Source: Verrucomicrobiales bacterium (GTDB lineage Bacteria; Verrucomicrobiota; Verrucomicrobiia; Verrucomicrobiales; SLCJ01). From it: a stretch of 16,099 nt of DNA. The notes below the pieces were generated by a model. That model was not told where the DNA came from. It saw nothing but the letters and a program-made list of their open reading frames with translations, and made no database searches. This document shows, one piece after another, positions 10,828 through 16,099 of the stretch. The stretch lies in assembly GCA_046075565.1 (NCBI GenBank), contig JBJTQJ010000056.1, positions 1-16,099 on the forward strand, given 5' to 3'. Numbering within the stretch: the first letter of the stretch is position 1; each line of letters begins with the position of its first letter. The position numbers and the translations under genes are program-made.

Positions 10828-11043
10828 TCACGCCTTGTCGCCGCCGAACAGTCCTTTGACCGCATCGAGCATGCCGCCGCCAAGACTGTCGAGACTTTCT
10901 CCCGCGAGAACTTTGTCCACCATCGGTTGGATTTGCGCGGGCAGTTTGCCTCTGAGGAAACCGGCTACGGTTTCAATGGCCGAGCGGGCGGCGTCTTCGC
11001 CCATGCCGGTTTTTTCCTGCACGAGTTTGATCAGCTCATTCAT
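10828..11043 (-). CDS. Small helical protein (DUF2267-like; N-terminus resembles HU helices)
   Basis: MNELIKLVQEKTGMGEDAARSAIETVAGFLRGKLP... has amphipathic helices and ends in a GGGMLDAVKGLFGG tail. It is co-oriented with its neighbours and has GC-rich third codon positions. The family label is tentative. Confidence 0.8.
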   Translation of the reverse strand: MNELIKLVQEKTGMGEDAARSAIETVAGFLRGKLPAQIQPMVDKVLAGESLDSLGGGMLDAVKGLFGGDKA

Positions 11044-11067
11044 GGGACCGTGATGCTTGTTAGAAGT

Positions 11068-11211
11068 TCAGGGAACCCGCACTTCCACCGATGTTCCGGC
11101 ATCCTGACGGGTGAACTCGACGTTTTTCGACAAGGACATGAAGAACCACGCCGTGAATCCACTCGCGGCGAGGAGCCCCACGGAGACAAAGAGAGTGAGG
11201 AAGGTGCGCAT
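11068..11211 (-). CDS. 47-aa single-pass membrane microprotein (not in ORF track)
   Basis: Manual translation: MRTFLTLFVSVGLLAASGFTAWFFMSLSKNVEFTRQDAGTSVEVRVP*. It has an uninterrupted hydrophobic N-terminal helix, fills the gap between genes and ends 24 bp before the next co-oriented gene. Confidence 0.7.
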   Translation of the reverse strand: MRTFLTLFVSVGLLAASGFTAWFFMSLSKNVEFTRQDAGTSVEVRVP

Positions 11212-11307
11212 CCGTCGCGAATATCCCACCCTTCGCCTGCTCCGCAAGCCCGGAGATCATTCCCCGGGCGCGGGCAGGATTCCGGTTTCGGATCGCTTGT
11301 TCCGCGC

Positions 11308-11313
11308 TATCGT
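11308..11313 (+). promoter_or_regulatory. Candidate -10 element for a leaderless nuclease transcript
   Basis: TATCGT lies 6 nt before ATG 11320. There is no Shine-Dalgarno sequence. Confidence 0.45.
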
Positions 11314-11319
11314 CCCTTC

Positions 11320-12192
11320 ATGCGCCATCTCCGCGTTCTTCTCGCCCTCGCTTTGAGCATCCTGGGCTCCCCCGCACCCGCCGCCGAACCACTGCAGAGT
11401 TTCCCGAACTGCGTGAGGGTGGATACCGAATGGGCCGACGGCGACAGTTTTCTTGTCCGCCTGCCCGACCGGCGGGAGTTCACCTTCCGGCTCTACGGGG
11501 TCGATTGTTTTGAAATCCACCTCCAGGGGGATGACTCGAATGCTCGCCGCCTCCGCGACCAACGCCGATATTTCGGCATCGCCGATATCGAAGTCGCCAA
11601 AGACCATGGCAAAAAGGCTCTCGCCATGGTCAAGGAAAAACTCTCGCGGCCGTTCACCGTGCACTCCGCGTTCGCCGACGGGCGCGGCGACGGTCGCTTC
11701 AAACGCTTCTATGCCTTTGTCACCACCGCCGATGGCGAGGACCTCGCCTCATGGATGGTCGGCCAAGGCCTGGCCCGCGCCTTTGGAGTGAACCGGGAAA
11801 ACAAAGATGGTGTCCCGGCCAAAGAATACGAAGCCCGTTTGCAAGACCTCGAACTCGCCGCCGCCAAACTCGGCCGGGGTGCCTGGGCCGATACGAATTG
11901 GGCCAAACTCCCCGAAGAACGCCAACAGGCCCGCGCCGAAGCACGGGAAATCGACCTCGCAAAAAATGGTCCGGAGAATAACCAGCCCGTCGATCCCAAC
12001 ACCGCAGCCAAGGACGAGTTGGCGGCCCTGCCCGGTGTCGGTGAAATCCTCGCCAACCGCATCATCGCAGAACGCGTGAACGGTCGTTTCGAAAAACCCG
12101 ATGACCTCCTCCGCGTCGAAGGCATCGGAGAGAAAACGCTCGCCCGTTTCAAAGACCGCCTCGTCTTCGCCCCGACCCATCCGGTGCCCTGA
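11320..12192 (+). CDS. Secreted thermonuclease (SNase-like) fused to a ComEA-type helix-hairpin-helix domain
   Basis: Signal peptide MRHLRVLLALALSILGSPAPAA. SNase motifs DGDSF, RLYGVDCFE, MVGQGLA and AAAKLGRGAW. C-terminal VDPNTAAKDELAALPGVGEILANRII...DDLLRVEGIGEKT. 290 aa. The track's start at 10699 overlaps opposite-strand genes. Confidence 0.88.
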   Translation: MRHLRVLLALALSILGSPAPAAEPLQSFPNCVRVDTEWADGDSFLVRLPDRREFTFRLYGVDCFEIHLQGDDSNARRLRDQRRYFGIADIEVAKDHGKKALAMVKEKLSRPFTVHSAFADGRGDGRFKRFYAFVTTADGEDLASWMVGQGLARAFGVNRENKDGVPAKEYEARLQDLELAAAKLGRGAWADTNWAKLPEERQQARAEAREIDLAKNGPENNQPVDPNTAAKDELAALPGVGEILANRIIAERVNGRFEKPDDLLRVEGIGEKTLARFKDRLVFAPTHPVP

Positions 12193-12466
12193 TACCGAAT
12201 CGGAGATTCGAAGGCAAAAGGGATTGGAATTCCGAAAAAAACGGTCCCGCCTGGTCACTCTTTTCGTATCAGCCCGTAAAGGGTTCGCTTGGTCTCCATG
12301 GCATGCGTGTTAGAGCCGCCTCCCCTAGATACAATTTCAAACAAACTCCTCCCGGCAGCAAACTGAAAACCCCAGAATTCATCGACAGGCACGGATTAAA
12401 GCGACCTGATTCGAAAAGAAAGAACCCTTCAGGTGATGAACACTTCTATCATAAATCCCTCAATAG

Positions 12467-12493
12467 CCGTGGATTCCGTGGCATCCGCAGTTC
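12467..12493. repeat. Degenerate 9-bp tandem repeat
   Basis: CCGTGGATT CCGTGGCAT CCGCAGTTC. A complementary CACGGATT lies at 12390-12397. Confidence 0.4.
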
Positions 12494-12600
12494 TCCGTTC
12501 AGGATCCACAAGCCATCCTTGCTCACAGCGGGAAGGTAATCCCTCCGGAGGCGCTTCGGTCTTCCGCAGCATTCTTTCTCCACGCAAGCGGGTTGAAAAA

Positions 12601-12654
12601 AGGTCAACATCTGTTCAAATTCTGTTGACCTCCGATGCCGTACAATTCTAATAT
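12601..12654 (+). promoter_or_regulatory. Candidate sigma70 promoter with overlapping operator
   Basis: TTGACC (12625-12630)-N18-TAATAT (12649-12654). A perfect inverted repeat AGGTCAACA-N13-TGTTGACCT (12601-12631) overlaps the -35. Confidence 0.55.
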
Positions 12655-12734
12655 TGGCTGAGTGTGACCCCACCCGTTCCAAAATCACTCTTTACGGGCG
12701 CGTTGTCCATATGTCTCCTCCCCATTCCCATCCC

Positions 12735-15700
12735 ATGAAACCACGTATTCTCTCCTCCGCCCGTCGCTCCCTGCCACTCGCCACCGCAATTGCCGCGATG
12801 CTGGCCTCCCAATCCGTTCATGCCGCCAATGCGACCTGGGGTGCGAATGCGAATTCCGCGTGGCTCACCGGGACCAACTGGGCGGGTGGAGCCTCCCCGG
12901 GAGCTACAGGAAGTGCCGCTTCCAATACCGACGTCGCCACCTTCACCAGTGCCGCCACGGGCACGGCGTTCGGCATCAACATGAACACCGCGTCGAATTA
13001 TCTCAACCTCGGCGCGATTTCCATTGATTCCACCCGCACCACCAACACCACCATCGGCAACAGCAGCACGACGGCGATTAGCGGGAACGGCCAGGTTCTC
13101 CGCCTTTACGGTGCCTCCGTGGGCGGCGTGGCCAACACGATCCTCAGCAACGCCGGAAGCGGATTGCTTACCATTCAGAACACGCAAGGAAGCGGGAATC
13201 AATTCATGGGCGTGGTCTTGAGCAATACCACGAACAACGTCATTAACGCCGGGGGCAACATCACGATCTCCAGCATCATCTCGCAATCCGCCTCAGGCAA
13301 CCGAATTACCAAATCCGGCGCGGGCACCCTCACCCTCTCCGGTGCCAATACCTACACCGGTGGCACGACGCTCAGCGCTGGCACGGTCAGTTTCACCGGC
13401 ACCGGTTTGGGGAGCACCGGCAACATCACCTTCAGCGGCAATTCCACCCTGCAATGGGGTGCCAGCACCACCACCGACCTGTCCGCGCGACTGGTGATCA
13501 ACAACGGCATTACCGCCACCTTGAACACCGGCGGGAACAACGTCACGTTGGCCACGGGGTTTGGCGCGTCCGGCAGCGGTGCCCTCGCCAAGGCGGGCAC
13601 GGGCACGCTTACGCTTTCTGTTGCCAATAGTTATAGCGGTCAAACCACGATTGGGACCAACGCTGCGGATGTGGGCACCGTCAACATCACCAATGGTTCC
13701 GCCCTTGGTTCGGGAACGGTTTCGATGGTGAGTGGTACGAACGGTGCTGCCGCGCTGACCCTCAACAGCGGCTCTGGCATCACCGTCGCCAACAACTTCA
13801 ACACCAGCGGAGAAGGCCAGGGAGGCAACGGAATCATCCGCAACGTCACCGGCAACAATGTGATGAGCGGCACATTTACTCTTACTACTGGGGGCGGCGG
13901 CACCCGGATCCATTCGGATGGAGGGTCGCTCACCCTCCAGGGCAACATCTCCCCCAACGCAACCGGTCGCACCCTTTTACTTGGCGGCAGCGCCACCGGA
14001 ACGATTTCCGGAAACATCAACAACGGGAGTGGCTCCAACACCCTTTCCGGCGTGACCAAGCAAGGCACCGGCACTTGGACGCTCTCCGGCTCCAACGGTT
14101 ACACCGGCACAACCACCATCAGCGAAGGAACCTTGGAAATCCAAGGCTCCATCGCCAGCAGCAGTGGCATCACCAACAATGCCGCGCTCGTCTTCAATAG
14201 CGGCTCGACCCAATCCTACGGCAACGCCATCGGCGGCACCGGCACCCTCACCAAACAGGGCGCGGGCACCCTCACCCTCGGAGGCTCCAACGGTTACACG
14301 GGCGCAACGCTGGTCAGTGGTGGGACATTGGCCTTCAGCGGTACGGGTGCTTCGAATTCCAGTAGCGGCATCACTGTCAATGGCGGCGGTGCCAAGCTGC
14401 TCCAGACGAGCAGCACGGCCATCGCGCCCACGGTGACCTTGACCAACGGCACTCTCACGGGCAATGGCACGGTGAACACGGTGAATGTCGGGGCCGGCAC
14501 CGGCGGAATCATCTCCAACAACAACGGCGTGGCGGGTGCGGCGCTGACCATCGGCACGCTGACCTTCAGCGGCGCGGCCACGGTGAACACCTTCCACAGC
14601 AGTGGAGATACCTCGGCCGCCATCGTGGCCACCAGTTTGACTACCAATGCTGCAGGCACGGTGACCATCAATGCTACGTCAGCAAGCTGGGCGAATAATA
14701 CCACCTACAATCTCATCGATTACAGCGGCAGCATCGGCGGCGAGGGCTTTGCGAAGTTCGCTCTTGGCACTGTTAACCTGAGCGCCCGCCAAAACGCGAG
14801 CTTGGTTGACGACACGGTCGGCACCGCCATCACCCTGTCCATCACTGGTGATGCCCCCAAATGGACCGGGGCATTGGGCAGCGAGTGGAGCACGGCCACC
14901 CTTGACGCCCCCAAGAACTGGGTGCTCCAGACGGCCGCGACCGCCACGGACTTCCTCGCAAATGACGATGTCACCTTTGATGACACGGCCACGAACTTCA
15001 CGCCGGACATCAGCAGCGGCAATGTCAGCCCGGCCAACACGACCTTCAACAATAGCACGAGCTATACGCTGAGCGGCACCGGCGGCTTCGGCATCGCCAG
15101 CGGCAACCTGACCAAGAACGGCACGGGCATAGTGACCATCAGTTCGGTGAACACCTACACCGGTGCGACCACCATCAATGCGGGAACCATCGCCATGAGC
15201 GGCAGCGGCACGCTCGGCACCGGCTCGGCCCTGACGCTGGGCGGCGGCGCTCTCGACCTCGGCACCACCAGTCAGACCGTCGGTGCGGTTTCCATCACGG
15301 CTCCCGCCACCAGCGGCGACACCATCGGCAACGGCAGCCTCACCGGCACATCCCGCGCGGTGAGCAACACCACGGGCAACGCCATCGTCTCCGCCAACCT
15401 GCTCGGCACCGGTGGTTTGACGAAATCGGGCGCGGGAACGCTGACCCTCTCCGGGGCGAACACCTACAGTGGCGTCACCACCGTCAGCGGCGGCACCTTG
15501 GGACTCACCGGCAGCCTCATCAACGCGAGCCTCGGCAACATCGTGGTCCAGGCCGGCGGCACGCTGGATGTCTCCGGCACGATCTCGGGCAACACCGGAA
15601 CCACGAATCTCAGTTTGTTTGGCAGCCCATCCGGCATCGCCACCGTCAATGTCTCCACCGGTGCCAACATCACGCTCGCGGCGATGCCCAGCGGAACCAC

Positions 15701-16099
15701 TGCCAGCGCGGTCTCCGTCTATAACCAGACCGGTGGTTCCGTCACCGTAGGCACGGCGGGTAGCGCCGAAGCCGTCACTCTGGCCAATGCTGGCTATGGC
15801 TACATGGGGATTTCCGGCGGCAGCTACTCCGTGCTGTCCCGCTTGAGCGTTGAAAACGGCAACCCGGGCCAGGGCGTGCTGCGGGTCGGGGGCGGTGCCG
15901 GGGCCGCAACCTTCAGTGTCGGTGATCTTCTCGCCCTTGGTCGCGGTGCCAGCGGGACGGGTGAATTGACGGTCCTCCCCAACGGCTCCGTCACCTTCAA
16001 TGGAACGGGGACCCAAAACTTCCTGCTCACCGGGAACGCCACCAACAACACCGGGCTCCTGAACATCGTCGGAGGCACCGTCACCTCGGTCACCAAGGC
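12735..16099 (+). CDS. Large secreted autotransporter-associated beta-strand repeat (PATR) protein, 3'-truncated by the window
   Basis: No stop codon before the window end, which is why the ORF track omits it (at least 1121 codons). Signal peptide MKPRILSSARRSLPLATAIAAMLASQSVHA. Gly/Thr/Asn/Ser-rich, with six LTKxGxGTLTLSGxNxYTG-type repeats starting at 13305, 13584, 14052, 14247, 15108 and 15417. An alternative in-frame ATG lies at 12711. Confidence 0.92.
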   Translation, partial: MKPRILSSARRSLPLATAIAAMLASQSVHAANATWGANANSAWLTGTNWAGGASPGATGSAASNTDVATFTSAATGTAFGINMNTASNYLNLGAISIDSTRTTNTTIGNSSTTAISGNGQVLRLYGASVGGVANTILSNAGSGLLTIQNTQGSGNQFMGVVLSNTTNNVINAGGNITISSIISQSASGNRITKSGAGTLTLSGANTYTGGTTLSAGTVSFTGTGLGSTGNITFSGNSTLQWGASTTTDLSARLVINNGITATLNTGGNNVTLATGFGASGSGALAKAGTGTLTLSVANSYSGQTTIGTNAADVGTVNITNGSALGSGTVSMVSGTNGAAALTLNSGSGITVANNFNTSGEGQGGNGIIRNVTGNNVMSGTFTLTTGGGGTRIHSDGGSLTLQGNISPNATGRTLLLGGSATGTISGNINNGSGSNTLSGVTKQGTGTWTLSGSNGYTGTTTISEGTLEIQGSIASSSGITNNAALVFNSGSTQSYGNAIGGTGTLTKQGAGTLTLGGSNGYTGATLVSGGTLAFSGTGASNSSSGITVNGGGAKLLQTSSTAIAPTVTLTNGTLTGNGTVNTVNVGAGTGGIISNNNGVAGAALTIGTLTFSGAATVNTFHSSGDTSAAIVATSLTTNAAGTVTINATSASWANNTTYNLIDYSGSIGGEGFAKFALGTVNLSARQNASLVDDTVGTAITLSITGDAPKWTGALGSEWSTATLDAPKNWVLQTAATATDFLANDDVTFDDTATNFTPDISSGNVSPANTTFNNSTSYTLSGTGGFGIASGNLTKNGTGIVTISSVNTYTGATTINAGTIAMSGSGTLGTGSALTLGGGALDLGTTSQTVGAVSITAPATSGDTIGNGSLTGTSRAVSNTTGNAIVSANLLGTGGLTKSGAGTLTLSGANTYSGVTTVSGGTLGLTGSLINASLGNIVVQAGGTLDVSGTISGNTGTTNLSLFGSPSGIATVNVSTGANITLAAMPSGTTASAVSVYNQTGGSVTVGTAGSAEAVTLANAGYGYMGISGGSYSVLSRLSVENGNPGQGVLRVGGGAGAATFSVGDLLALGRGASGTGELTVLPNGSVTFNGTGTQNFLLTGNATNNTGLLNIVGGTVTSVTK

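Noticed and set aside
10699..11319. N-terminal extension of the nuclease ORF
   Set aside because: It overlaps three minus-strand genes. The signal peptide begins at ATG 11320.
12189..12250. Hammerhead ribozyme or c-di-GMP-I riboswitch
   Set aside because: CTGATAC is not CUGANGA and there is no GAAA after the stem. GGCAAAA is not followed by the GNRA stem or GCAAAGC elements.
12310..12350. TAGAGCCG...TTTCAAACAAACTCCT as IS5-like terminal repeat remnants
   Set aside because: The resemblance is short, the two ends do not pair well, and there is no transposase or target-site duplication.
12303..12651. Short ORFs (78, 72 and 79 aa) in the spacer
   Set aside because: They have no motifs or hydrophobic pattern, show atypical codon usage and overlap the candidate promoter.
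12648..16096. Numerous minus-strand and off-frame ORFs
   Set aside because: They are shadows of the single open plus-strand frame starting at 12735.

Overview
GC-rich bacterial DNA. A Verrucomicrobiota (PVC) origin is inferred from the PATR-repeat surface protein, the PVC-type heme-domain remnant and the REP styles. From left to right: a REP-like palindrome cluster; sucB and sucA on the minus strand (the SucB has no recognisable E3-binding domain); a rhomboid protease; a convergent DUF2062 membrane protein; and a tight plus-strand run of glnB (P-II), uppP, an M23 peptidase, a GT-C-type membrane glycosyltransferase and a 64-aa heme-domain C-terminal remnant. Then come a dense palindrome/REP cluster and a minus-strand trio: a 47-aa membrane microprotein missing from the ORF track, a 71-aa helical protein and vanZ. 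A secreted thermonuclease-ComEA(HhH) fusion follows, then a ~540-bp structured/regulatory spacer and the 5' 3.4 kb of a large autotransporter-associated beta-strand-repeat protein that runs off the window. No tRNA, rRNA, CRISPR array or transposase was seen. Family calls come from motif recognition by eye, not from database searches. No new system is demonstrated. The best leads are the PSBD-less SucB near an amtB-less P-II gene, the nested palindromes, the nuclease fusion and the unannotated microprotein.
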